From Octopus vulgaris (Eukaryota), in NCBI GenBank assembly GCA_951406725.2, contig OX597830.1, positions 16,554,001 to 16,618,000 on the forward strand: DNA of 64,000 nucleotides, read 5' to 3'. A program made the position numbers and the translations under genes. The notes under the pieces were generated by a model that saw only the letters and a program-made list of their open reading frames with translations, was not told where the DNA came from and did no database searches. This document shows, piece by piece, positions 26,127 through 39,000 of this stretch. Numbering within the stretch: the stretch's first letter is position 1; each line of letters opens with the position of its first letter.

Positions 26127-26448
26127 CCGTGCCGGTGGCACGTACAAAGCACCATCCGAACATGGCCGATGCCAGCGCCGCCATGACTGGCTTCCGTGCC
26201 GGTGACACGTAAAAACCACCAACCAATTGTGGCCGTCGCCAGCCTCGCCTGGCACCTGTGCCGGTGGCACGTAAAAAGCACCCACTATACTCACGGAGTG
26301 GTTGGGGTTAGGAAGGGCATCCAGCTGTAGAAACATTGCCAGATCAGACTGGAGCCTGGTGCAGCCTTCTGGCTTTCCAGATCACGGTCGAACCGTCCAA
26401 CCCATGCTAGCATGGAAAACGGACGTTAAACAATGATGATGATGATGA
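26127..26448 (+). mobile_element. RTE-like LINE 3' end (family C)
   Basis: Repeated gccggtggcacgtaaaaagcacc units and (GAT)n tail. Confidence 0.9.
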
Positions 26449-26538
26449 TACTTGTAATTCCTGTCTCGTCAATTGAGACAAGATTGACATGTAACTCCTA
26501 TACCAGTCTGCTTAAGTTCTAGAACCAAAGTTCTAAAT

Positions 26539-27068
26539 CGGTAGTTCTCAACCATTTTTTTTACCTATGAACCCCTTTGAGTCCTATTTTACTCGGATGG
26601 AACCTCGTAACCATTCCATGTTTGAAAAACCCTATTATCCTTCATCGTTTAACATCCGCTTTCCATGCTGGAATGGGTTGGACGGTTTGACTGAGGACTG
26701 GTGAGCCAGAGGCTGCACCAGGCTCAAACTGATCTGGCAAAGTTTCTACAGTTGGATGCCCTTCCTAATGCCAACCACTCCGAGAGTGTAGTGGGTATTT
26801 TTACGCGACACCGGCACAAGGGCCAGTCAGGTGGTTCTGGCAACTACAATGTTCAAAAGGTCTTTTTTTACATGCTACGTGCATGGGAGCCAGTCCGGCG
26901 GCACTGACAATGACCACGCTCAGTGGGAATTGTATAAAAATAAAATAAACCATTAAAATATGTCATGTATTATAGAAGCATAACCAGTTTATTGCACATA
27001 AATTTTAACAGCAAAATCTTATATGCTCCCCACCAAGGGTCATATGGACCCCCGGTTGAGAACCATTG
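26539..27068. mobile_element. hAT-type MITE (family H) interrupted by a family C fragment (minus, 26643-26920)
   Basis: Termini cggtagttctcaacc / ggttgagaaccattg; flanks ttctaaat / ttccaact (degenerate 8-bp TSD). Confidence 0.75.
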
Positions 27069-27894
27069 TTCCAACTGGTGTAAGAAAAACAAATGCAGGC
27101 ACAGTTTAGTTTTATCCATCTGAAGATTATTACAAAAGCAGTTTTTTCATGACAAATTATAGCAGACAGCAGAAAAGAAAGCATTAAATAGAGGATGTAT
27201 CTGGGTATCTGATTACAGAAAAGCTATGGTGAACTGTCACAGCAAATGACTGTTAGTATGTAATATAATGCACAAAAAGTAGTGAAATCAATAGACATAT
27301 AAAAAAATTAAAAAATGAGTTTATTGTTCTTTGCAGTCCACCATCCGTTCATTGGAAAGCTATCCATTTAGTTAGTGTCCTTTCATTAGTGTCAGGAATC
27401 TGTGGGATAATTTAAACTCACCTAGCCATCTTTCACCATTTCCGTTTTTAAGAAGAGTTCACAAATTAGATGGAGAAGTTTTTAGAAAATTGCTGCAACA
27501 TGTTCTCTCCTATCTGCCAACAGGCAGTTTCAGGGGCTACATTTCTAATGCTGACATGGGTTGAATAGATCTTTAAAAGGTACAGCTTAACACGTTAACC
27601 CTTTATTAGCGTTCAGATTACTCAGTTAAATGTAATACTTATTCATTTACTTTGTTTTGAATTAAAATATGCAGTTACCTCATAGCTTTAAGATTTTGAT
27701 GATGTAGTTGTTTATTTTTAGAATGACATTGTAGGACAGGCATGAGAGGCCAGATCTTGCTGGTTTTAGCATAAAGCATGTAGAATATTTGGACCAAATA
27801 TGGTTGGATTAATACTACAGGGCTAAGCCATGATGTATTTATTGCCATTAAACCACCACCCCTCTCTCTCGGAGAGGCACAAGCACCTACACGC

Positions 27895-28236
27895 ACATAT
27901 ACACACACGGCAGTAAGTTCTGCCTACCAAATTCAATCACAAAGCTTCGGTCGGCCCGGGGCTATAGCTTTGTGAGTGGATTTGGTAGACGGAAACTGAA
28001 AGAAACCCATCGTATATATGTATATATATATATGCATGTGTGTCTGTGTTTGTTCCCCACAACATCACTTGACAACTGATGCTGGTGTTTACATTCCCGT
28101 AACTTAGCGGTTCGGAAAAAGTGACCGATAGAATAAGTACTAGACTTACAAAGAATAAGTCCTGTAGTCGATTTGCACGACTAAAGGCAGTGCTCTAGCA
28201 TGGTCACCGTCAAATGACTAAAACAAGTAAAAGAGT
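27895..28236. mobile_element. Head-to-head fusion of two truncated family A SINE pieces
   Basis: A minus-strand piece ending near 27968 is joined to a plus-strand piece starting near 27967. Confidence 0.75.
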
Positions 28237-28439
28237 AACATTAAATAATAATTATTAAAAGGAAAGCAAGAGTACAAAACTAGAAGTCTTGATGGGAGAT
28301 GGTTATACTCTAATGATTCTATCAATCTACCACCCTTATAAACAATAAGGGTAAAAATTACCAAGAAAGAATACATTTACAGCAACAGAGAATTGGCATT
28401 TACATACATTGAAAGTTATTCTATGGTTGTGTGGAGGTG

Positions 28440-29390
28440 CAAGCATGGTCATGTGGTCAAGAGGATCACTTTAGAACCACGCAGTTTTGGATTCAGCCCC
28501 AATGTATGGTACCCTGGGTCGAACAATGCCTGTGAGTGAATCTGGTTAACCCAATCTGTGTGGAAGCCTGTATGTATGCATATGTATATGTGTGTGTTTG
28601 TGTTTGTCCCTCACTACTGCTTGACAACCGGTACCGACTGGTTTCTGTTTTGAAATTTAGTGGTTTGGAAAAAAGTCTGATAGAACAAGTACCAGACTTA
28701 ATAAGTAATGGGGTCAATTTATTCAGGTAAACCAATAGTTCTCAACCAAGGCCTATATGGCCCTTGGGATCCATATAAGATTTTGTTGTTAAAATATATC
28801 TGCAATGAATTGATTATTCTTCTACAATACATAAAATATTTTATCAATTTGTAATATTTAATTATAAAATTTTAATACAAAAGAAACCACAGGAGTGGCT
28901 GTGTGGTAAGTAGCTTGTTTACCAACCACATGGTTCTGGGTTCACTCCCACTGTGTGGCACCTTGGGCAAGTGTCTTCTACTATAGCCTCGGGCCGACCA
29001 AAGCCTTGTGAGTGGATTTGATAGATGGAAACTGAAAGAAGCCTGTCATATATATGTGTGTGTGTCTGTGTTTGTCTCCTCAACATCACTTGACAACCGA
29101 TGCTGGTGTGTTTACGCCTCCGTAACTTAGCAGTTCGGCAAAATAGACCTAGGCTTACAAAGAATAAGTCCTGGGGTCAATTTGCTCGACGAAAGGTGGT
29201 GCTCCAGCATGGCCACAGTCAAATGACTGAAACAAGTAAAAGAGTGTATCCAATGGCTAGGTGGGTCCATCCGAGTGAAATAGTAATGGGGGGGCATCAG
29301 GAAAAAAACGGTGGAGAAACACTGAGCTAAACCCTTGAAGGCAGTGCCCAAGCGTGGTTGCAGTCCACTGTCTAAAACAAGGATAAAAGA
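28440..29390 (+). mobile_element. Triple nest: old SINE A containing a hAT MITE (28733-29324) containing a young SINE A (28889-29245)
   Basis: MITE flanks aggtaaac / agctaaac. The old SINE resumes after the MITE (gaaggcagtgcccaagcgtggttgcagtc). Confidence 0.8.
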
Positions 29391-30064
29391 TACCAACAAA
29401 AAAGTGGCTTAAGCAAACACCAGAAATGACAGAGACTGACAAAATACCAATACTCTGAGATAAGCCAATAGACACAGACAAGGAGATCAAAGTTAGGTGA
29501 CTGGATATTATCACCAGAAAGCACCAAGAAAGAGAGTGCTTCCTATTAGACATAACAATGGAGACATTATCAAAGTATAAAGATCCAGAAAGAGATAAAA
29601 CAATAAAATAATGACTTTGGTGTACTAATTCACAAATAAGTAACAAAAGTTATTTGATACTCAATACATAAGTTGAGTATAATAGCACAGAGTAAGTTAT
29701 AGCTGATACAATGTAAAATGGCATTTATTGGACTTAAATTTCGATCTTTCAATTTCTTTAGAATTAATACATGTGTTATTTCCCAGCAAAAAAAAAATTA
29801 TGATTGAAATTTAAATCCACAAACTCACAATTACATTGTGCCAGTTGTTGAATATTACTTTTTTTTTTATTGTTGTGAAATAGAATAACTTAAATGTAGG
29901 GGCTAAAAAACAAAGAACCCTTTATGATAATAGATCCCTTAGGAATGATAAAAAAAAAAAAACACAATGCAGGCAAAACCCCATACTTCAAATGTTCACA
30001 TGTAGAAAACAGAACAATTAGACACTCTACATAAAGAGTAATTTTTAATACAAAAGAAACCACA

Positions 30065-30400
30065 ATCATCATCATCATCATCATCGTTTAACGTCCGCTT
30101 CCCATGCTAGCATGGGTTGGACGATTTTGACTGAGAGCTGGCAACCAGATGGCTGCACCAGGCTCCAATCTTGATCTGGCAGAGTTTCTACAGCTGGATG
30201 CTCTTCCTAATTCCAACCACTCAGAGAGTGTGGTGGGTGCCTTTTACGTGCCACTGGCACAGGGGCCAGTCAGGCGGTACTGGCAATGACCTCGCTTGAA
30301 TCTTTTTACATGTGCCAGTGAAGCGACATTGGTAACGATCACACTCGAATGGTGCCCTTTTATGTGCCACAGGTACGGAAGCCAATTGGCTGCTCTGGCC
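30065..30400 (-). mobile_element. RTE-like LINE 3' end (family C)
   Basis: (CAT)n followed by cgtttaacgtccgcttcccatgctagcatgggttgg. Confidence 0.9.
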
Positions 30401-30565
30401 AAAACAAAACTATAAATAGCCAAGCCAAAAAAACAGTGCTTCACAGTATGTAATAAAAGCATTCTATAACATAATACTACCAAAACATAATAATAATAAT
30501 GCCCTACTGCAATAGCATGCAAGCCCTCATGCAATACCAAGCATGTTCTGATGCAATACCAGGCT

Positions 30566-31330
30566 GTGGTTATCATGACATCTGATCTTAACTAATTGGA
30601 AGTGTTACATTGTACATGTTTTGTCTTTGTATAAAAGATGAGCTACAGCAAGTATTCTTCTCAATACCACAGATTTGCTTGTCAGTTGCTTGATTTTAAT
30701 CAGTCTTTAACTTAATGGCAGACAATATGTGCATCTCTGATCACAAGCAGGGGTAGTGGGAGGAGCATTATAGCTATGTACCGAGAGGGATTCTTTGAGG
30801 TTTGAATAATTCACCCTTGGAAACATGGGTGCTTCATTCATCATTCTTAACCCTTTAGCATTCAGATTAATTTATCAAATGCAATGTTTATGTATCCATA
30901 TTTTTAAAAATTAATCACGTATTATCTTGTAGCTTCGAGATTTTGAAGATGTAATCATTTAATTTTAGAATGACATTGTAGGGTAGGTGGGAGAGACTGG
31001 ATCTGGCCAGTTTGAACATAAAACAGGTAGACCATTTGGGCCGGATATGGCAGGTTTAAATGTTAAAGGGTTAAACAACCCTTATTCAGGGGCCATTTGA
31101 GTAGGATGGGCTACTCAACCTAAAGAAAATTCTAACTGGGGCCTACCTGCAAGGTCATGCTTCATTTATCTTGATATGAAACCACCACGTCATGCACATA
31201 TGGTTGTGATGCATGTGCCTGATGTACCCTTATCAGATGGGCAGTCATGGTTGGTATATCGGGCTCCAAATACTTGCACCCCAGTGTCACTTTGATGGCA
31301 TGTGCTGCTCTCCCACTCAATAATAATAAT
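30566..31330 (+). mobile_element. Family F repeat interrupted by MITE D1 (30851-31070)
   Basis: The paralog at 5056-5590 has a single TTAA at the equivalent position (tcttaaacaa, 5341-5350). Confidence 0.9.
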
Positions 31331-31940
31331 CCTTTCTACTCCAGGCACAAAGCCTGAAATTTTATAGACAAGGTTAGTCAATTACATTGACCTCAGTGCT
31401 TGACAGGCACTTATTTTATCAGTTGTGAAAGGATGGAAAGCAAACTTGGTCACAGTAGCATTTGAATCCAGAACAAAAAACCGAAAGAAATGCCACTAAG
31501 CAGTCTGCCTGGCATGTTAACAATTCTGCCAGCTTGTCTCTTGATGATGATGATCTTGATGAGGATGATGATGATAGTAGGGATTTCAAATTGGCACAAG
31601 GTCAGAAGTTTTTTAGGGAGAAGGATTTAGTTGACTACATCAACCCCAGTACAAAGACTGATACTTTATTTTATTGACCCGAAAAAAGAGGTAAAGTTGA
31701 CCTCGATGGGATTTGAACTCAGAATATAATGAAGTAGAGCATTCTTTTTCTGCCAGCTCACTGCCTTCTTCTAATAGTTTCTGATTTAGGCACAAGGCCA
31801 GCAATTTTGAGGGGAGGGGAGTTCTTCATTGGTACTTCATTTTATTGATTCCAAAACAATAAATGGTAAATTTGGCTTGATTTGAACTCAGAACTTTAAG
31901 AGCAGAAACAAATGCCAAAGACCATTTTTTTTTCCAGCAC
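31325..31940 (-). mobile_element. Tandem old B2 SINEs (about 3)
   Basis: Repeated ggcacaag...aattt and atttgaactcagaa units. Confidence 0.7.
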
Positions 31941-33183
31941 TTTAAGCACTCTACAAATCCAAATAATGATTATGATGATTAACAATACCAATTATTAAAT
32001 ATTATATATTTCTAATAAGCTGCGCAGACTGATTTAGATTTTAAAAAATCTACAACATCACAATGAGTGAGAATGGAAACAAAACTGCATATTTTCCAGT
32101 CGATCGTTCGAAATATCAAAGCTATCTAATTTAAGGGTGCTGCTAAAAATAACAACAACTACAACAACAATAATAATAATTAGTAAAAAGAGTGTATACA
32201 AATATAATAATAATAAAAACAATAGTTGTTATTGAGAGACTGCCCATGCCTATATGAGTGACACATAGTTAATGAGTCAGAAAGAAAAACAGACTTCAAG
32301 GGAATGTGAGTCACAAAAGAGAAATAAAGAGAAGCCAATCCTTAGTTTGCAAATAAATCTGTTATGTATGTGACAAGGTTTATTGTGATGTGACTGTTGT
32401 TACTGGTTTCACATGAAGCAACGGTTTTCTAACAGGGGGAACCATATCAATTTTGTTGCAATGCCTTGTTTATTCGGAACATACCAGAATTCTTTATTCC
32501 AATGCAATACAAAACATGCTGAGGGAGTAGCCATAATAAATATTTTTTTTTTTACAAACAGACTGTCACAAACTCTCTAAATGCAAGCTAAACAAGGGAG
32601 GCCCTATGCAGTTATTTGATCTGCTAGAAAGAGTAATAAATAAAATTTCCTTCAAATTACATTTTACTGTCTAAAAAAAAAAATTCAAAAAAAAAAACAG
32701 AAAAGCATATTAGATAATGAGGTCCTTATAAATACTATCAGGGATGGTCAGAGCTGTCCTGGAGATGAACAATAACTCTTTCAAGCAAATCTAAGTTGTA
32801 AATATAATATATTTTAGACGAGGGGTATTAAATTGATTCTAATCTTATGACCAAAAGATTATGATCTCAAACCCTTCCACAGATGACCTGAGAAAAGGCA
32901 CATAACATGTAAAACCAAACTAGCCATCAATAAATAACAGAATTGAAGGGGTTGGTACTAGGAATGATATTGACACTTAAAATATATCATGGATTTCTTT
33001 CACATAACTGAAACTGAAAAATCTTCCTAGCTACAAAAATTTAACATCTTTAACAACTGGTCAATCCTGGTCCAACAGGCTGATGATCAAAGCTATTTCA
33101 GACATAAACCATTGTATCTTATTGAATACTGACAACAGTGTCCATTGTTTTTACTTTTGTTAGGACAGCAGAAAGTGATTTAA

Positions 33184-33404
33184 CCCTTTAGTGTTCGCAT
33201 TATTCTGCCAAAACTAATGCTTCTTCATCTACATTGTTTTGAACTAATCATGCATTATCTTTTAGCTATGAGAATTTGATGAGGTAGCTGTTAATTTTTA
33301 AAATGATATTGTAGGGTTGGTGTGAGAGACCAGATCTGGCCAATTTGAACATAAAACAGGCAGAATACTTTTGGTCGGATATGGCCGGTTTAAATGCTAA
33401 AGGG
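33184..33404. mobile_element. piggyBac-type MITE D1 inside an older repeat
   Basis: TTAA-flanked and very similar to 13436-13657. The host repeat (gatttggctgctatttctag) also occurs near 19460, 35950 and 54395. Confidence 0.9.
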
Positions 33405-33999
33405 TTAAGAGGATTTGGCTGCTATTTCTAGAAGATCAACAACTACGCTGAGGCTCCTTTTGTGGTGGAGGCTTTCATAAACAAATTTCCAAGCTGAAAG
33501 TGATAGTATTTGTACATGTGAATCATGTTATTCACATTCATTTTTATCAATGCTATCCCTTCATTAGTCATTTCATTTTTACTCTGGTCAATAGCTTTTA
33601 ATTAACCACAAACTGTAAACCCCACCACACATACAATTTGTTCCACAAAACTTCCTTACTCACTCCATGTAAGCAAGGAACCTTTGTGTTTCTCTCAAAT
33701 ACACATATTTACAATACAAAGCTCGGGTCCTCCACTCTATTCTTCATACCTGCAAAAAATATCATATGCTATCTACAGCACTGTGAATATAGTAAGTGAC
33801 TATATCTTCAAGTTTATGCGATAATTATATATAAATATATATATATTGCACTATACAGACAAAACAGTTTGGATGCAACACTTCTATGAAACAAACCTAC
33901 TCCATCAAATATATAAGACGCAGTTGATGGAGCAGGTTGCTTCTAAAATGCATTATTGGATGTACACGTAGATTTAAACACTAAAAGTTATTCGAGTCA

Positions 34000-34545
34000 A
34001 TTCAACTTGGATGTGTGATGTCAGTGTGCATGTGCAACAAGAGAAGTTGAGCATAAGAAGAATTATATGCAAAGTGCAAAAGAGGAAACTGCACTGGTTT
34101 GGTCATGTGATGCAGATAGATGAGGACAGTTGTATAAAGAAGTGCCAATCACTTAAAGAGGAGAGAAGTTGTGAAAAAGAGAGACTCAGGAAGATGAACA
34201 TGAGATGAAGTGTTGAAGGCTGACCTCAAAATGCTAAACCTTATGAAGGAGATGACAGAGGACCACGATATGTGGTATACTTGAGAAGACCTGCCCACAA
34301 CAACAGAACTGAGATCCTAAAACCAACGCATGTCAAAAGAAAAAAAAGCACCGGTGATGGTACCATGCAAAAAGTACCCAGTGCACTCTGTGGAGTGGTT
34401 GGCATTAGGAAGAACATCCAACTGTAAAATCCAAGCCAAAACAGACTATGGAACCTAATGCAGCCCCTGGCCTTACCAATTCCTGTCAAGCCATCCAACC
34501 CATGCCAGCATAGAAAACAGATGTTAAAGGATGATGATGATGATG
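34000..34545 (+). mobile_element. RTE-like LINE 3' portion
   Basis: RKLHWFGHVMQIDEDSCIKKC followed by the family C 3' region and (GAT)n. Confidence 0.85.
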
Positions 34546-34808
34546 TTGTTCTAGGAAAAAAAATACAAGTTGATAGGAAGCTGTGTATCACTGCTCTTCT
34601 AGAAGTATCCAAATGATAACAGAACAATCCACAGACGCAACAGGACATAGCCAGTAAGAAACAATATCTAACGATACCTAAATGGTATCAAGATATTTAC
34701 TATGCTCAAACACCTTGTCAGTCAGTTTCCATATAAAATACATATTTCAACCTTGTGAAGAAAGTTTGCTAAAGGATCTTGTGGTATATGTCAAAAAAAG
34801 TAAACTGA

Positions 34809-35191
34809 GGCGCAGGAGTGGCTGTGTGATAAGTAGCCTGCTTACCAACCACACGGTTCCGTTCAGTCCCACTGCGTGGCACCTTGGGAAAGTGTCTTCT
34901 ACTATAGCCTCGGGCCAACCAAAGCCTTGTGAGTGGATTTGGTAGACGGAAACTGAAAGAAGCCTGTCATATATATATATATATATATATACATGTGTGT
35001 GTTTGTCCCCCCCAACATCACTTGACAACCGATGCTGGTATGTTTACATCCCCGTTAATTAGCGGTTCAGCAAAAGAGACCGATAAAATAAGTACTAGGC
35101 TTACAAAGAATAAGTCCTGGGGGTCGATTTGATCGACTAAGTGCAGTGCTCCAGCATGGCCACAGTCACATGACTGAAACAAGTAAAAGAG
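34809..35191 (+). mobile_element. SINE family A flanked by a 58-bp direct repeat
   Basis: 34742-34799 and 35192-35249 differ at 2 positions. Confidence 0.9.
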
Positions 35192-35578
35192 ATATTTCAA
35201 CCTTGTGAAGAAAGTATGCTAAAGGATCTTGTGGTACATGTCAAAAAAAAAAAAGAATAAACTGATTAGAAACACCCATACAATCTACAAAATGTGTTCT
35301 GTTGTGATAAAGAAAAAAAAAATAATCAAATAGCACGTTCACAACAATAACATCAAATGCAATAAGAGCTGTGACAATGAGATTAGATAACAAGTCTATT
35401 AATAAAAACACCATGTTTATGATATGCATACATTCAACATGTTAGTTATTTAACATGCTAACGTAAGTTGAGCTGTGAGGCTTCGGAAAATTCTGACATT
35501 TACATAATTAATGCATCAATGAGACAGCCTTCCAAGCATGAAGCAAAAAAAATGGTACTTGTCAGTCGAACAGATTAA

Positions 35579-35788
35579 CCCTGTAGCATTTTGTCGAAAA
35601 TAGTGCTTAGTTATTTTCATTGTTTTGAATTAATCCGCATTATCTTGTGGCTTTGAGATTTTGATGGGGCAACCGTTAATTTTTAGAATGATATTGTAAG
35701 GTTGGTCTGAGAGACCAGATATGGTCAGTTTGAACATAAAACAGGTGGAATATTTTGGCCAGATATGGCCAGTGTAAATGCTAAAGGG
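35579..35788. mobile_element. piggyBac-type MITE D1
   Basis: TTAA-flanked. More decayed copies lie near 7060-7240, 27598-27823, 38374-38597, 39628-39816 and 44808-45017. Confidence 0.85.
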
Positions 35789-36782
35789 TTAAGAAAGATG
35801 TGTTGTTGTTTAAGCCTCAGATTAGTCTAGACATAGCAGGAAGAAGGGTATGATGAAAGACATTCCAATCATGACAAAGCTGTCTTTGTTTTAGACATAC
35901 CCAGTCAATATGCCCTTCGTTTTTTAAGTAAAGTAGATTGTAATTTTAGAGAGATTTGGCTGGTATTTCTAGCAGGTTAAGCAACCACATAAAGACACTC
36001 TTGTTGGTTTAAAAAGTTTTGTAGTTTGTCTAGGAGCACAGCACAATGTTTGCAGCCAGTTTTGAACTCATAACCCTATTAGTAACCTACCAGATTAACT
36101 GTATTACCAACGAACTACTTCTATTATGAAAATAATCAACATAGCTAACCGCTAACCAAGTAATTATTTTTTTGTTAACAATAAACATAATGATTGAGAT
36201 GCTAAGAAAAGTCACCCATCAATAATGAAGCAAATAACTTAATCAATCATTAATCAAGCCATTAAACATAGATTTAGAACAGTAACACTGAAAATAATTA
36301 TTTACCTATAACATTGTTCTAGAATATTTATTTTAGAAATATTTCAGAAAATCAAACTGTAAATAGCAAAAAGAAAAAAATAAAAGATTCTAGAACAAAA
36401 TCTTGACAAACTTAATTAGAGTTTAGAATAACAAAATTTCAGTTGTTTCTGATCGCATTTTAACTAAATTAAGATGTGTTGTTCCCATAAGTAAATACAA
36501 AATATTTTTAAAATTTCGACTTCTCCTGTCAAGTTTTGGCACCCAACCTTTAAGCATGAGCAAATTATTAATTAACTCACGAGTTAAAAAGAGAATACTA
36601 TTTCCTTCCACTTTTCACAAACATAAAACTTCATATCCCATACAAGCATTATCTTGACACATGTGAATCTCAGGATGTTTAATGCTTCGAACTGCACCAA
36701 AAATTTTACTTCCTTTTCATGACTTAATACTTGAATTTTAGCTGCACCTAACAACAGCAACGCAACTAACAACAATAATAAT

Positions 36783-37190
36783 AATCTTTTCTACCAAAGG
36801 CACAAGGCCTGAAATTTTGTGGGAGGGGATTAGTTGATCATATCGACCCCCAGTGTTTCACATGTACTTAATTTATCGACCCCCACAGGAATTTGAACTC
36901 AGAATGTAAGGATGGACAAAATACCATTAGGCATTTTGCTTGGCGTGCTAACAATTCTGCCAGCTCACCACTTTAATAACAACAATAATAATACTTCTAA
37001 ATTTTGGCACAAGTCTGGCAATTTCAGGAGAGGGGATAAGACAATTACATCGACCCCAATACTTGACTGGTACTTTCTTTTATTAAAATCCCCACCTCTG
37101 GAGGGATGAGCAGTAAAGTTGACTTTTAGGGAATTTGAACTTAGAATGTAAAGAGCTTGAACACATACAGCAAAGCACTTTATTTTTATT
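36783..37190 (-). mobile_element. Two tandem B2 SINEs
   Basis: Same motifs as the other B2 copies, with (TAA)n spacers. Confidence 0.75.
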
Positions 37191-37520
37191 CTAACAATAA
37201 TAATGTTTCTTTTCTTGTCACTAAGATCTATTCACACACACAACAAAAGAGTTACTAAGATGTTACAATAATATGTAGAGGGTATACAAAATAACAGAAA
37301 AACAATGAGAGGGGCAAAGGTGTTATGCATAACATTGTGTAACATGTTTAGTTTTATTTTCATATGCAAGATAATTAAATGAATGTGCATAAGACACAAT
37401 ATAATTTAAAGAGATATGATTAAATAACACAAGAAACAAATAAGGGAACCACATCTACACATAGGTGAAAAAGTGCCACATGGCCTTGACCACCTTCTGC
37501 TTTCGTGTATTCATCTAGAT

Positions 37521-37717
37521 CAGTGGTTTTCAACCAAGGTTCCACGGAACCTTAGGGTTCCGCAAGAAGTTACAAAACTGCTAAAATTGGCAGTAATTTT
37601 TAATTCTCCTGTGCAGGTATGTGTGCATAAGACTATTGAATTATTGCACAGGGGTTCCTCGAGTCAGTGGCATGTTTCCTTGGGGTTCCGCTCCAGCAAA
37701 AAGTTTGAAAAGCACTG
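37521..37717. mobile_element. hAT/Charlie-type MITE
   Basis: Termini cagtggttttcaac / gtttgaaaagcactg; 8-bp TSD atctagat / ctctagat. Confidence 0.85.
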
Positions 37718-38249
37718 CTCTAGATACTGGTCTCGACTGATCCCAAAAGAGCCCTCATAACAATCTCAAACAAGAAGGAGCTTACATCCTCTTAGCAGTT
37801 TAAGCTACAGTAACTTGTAAACCCTGTAACGTGGTTTTCACCAGTAAACTATCTTCAGCATTTTTTCATAGAATCATTGTCCATCACCTCACAAACTGCA
37901 CTTAAACATTTTCTTGGCTTTCTCACAAGGGATTTTGATCATCCATTAATTGGTTGGTCGTTTGCTATGCAAAGCAATATAATATTCATACACTTACAGG
38001 AGATGGTTTCCTCTCCATGCATTATACTTGTCTTTTCTTTTTTTTTCTCCACTCCCCTGACACTCCTTGTCTGTTCTCAATTTCTTTCTCATAGTTACAT
38101 GATGGAGTAGTGATGCTAATGGTTATGGCTAAGGAAGTGAGCCCCAGTTCATCAACTGCTGGAACTGAGGATGAAGCCATCACTTCTGATATTTGCCAAG
38201 CCTCAAATCATAATGCTTTGAGAACAGTTCCTGTGCTGACTTTAATTGT

Positions 38250-39000
38250 TTTTTAAATTTTATTTCTTGATTTTATTCTTAGTGTAAAGCTCTCAAATGG
38301 TCTTAATTGCATCACATAAAGCAACTAAGCACTCTACTGTGCACTGTCAGTCTCTGGGGCCATTAAAACTTAATCCCTTAGCATTTAAACCAGCCATATC
38401 CGGCCAAAATATTCTACCTGTTTTATGTTCAAACTGGCCAGATCAGACCTCTCACACCTACCTTACAATGTCACTCTAAAAATAAATATCACATCATCAA
38501 AATCTGAAAGCTACAAGATAATTGTATGATTAATTGCAAAGAACATCAATAAATTAGCGTTACATTTGAAACAGTAATCTGAATGCTGAAGAATTAAATA
38601 CCCATCCGGAGCCCTTCGAAACCAAATATTTGCTTCTGTTCATCCTTAGTCACCTCAGCATTCACTGTATACCCAAACTATAGCGCAAAAGTAACAACAA
38701 ACCAAGGGTCAACATCACGATTAATGTTCTTCACCATGACCCTCATACTTGCATTGCCGTGTGTACTGAGGGATAAATTTATGGGCAGGGGTGTGACAGA
38801 AGCTCACCCCACATTCATACCCCAACCCCAGTTTCAAAAACTAGACATACAGTCCCAAAATAAGTGCTCCTCCAACCAATAGAGAACTTATCACTTGATG
38901 CATTGACCAGGGTTCATGAGGTCAACTATGCATTTTCAGAGATACATAGGCATGCGACCTTTCTCCTATCTTGTTCTCGAATAAAATTGTCTGGTGCGGA
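38250..39000 (-). mobile_element. Decayed retroelement ORF1 (gag-like) relic, split by MITE D1
   Basis: The minus strand near 38288-38330 reads SCFM*CN*DHLRAL, a ruined version of the knuckle at 41726-41767. It also shares an AEVT(K/R)xD segment with that copy. Confidence 0.45.
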
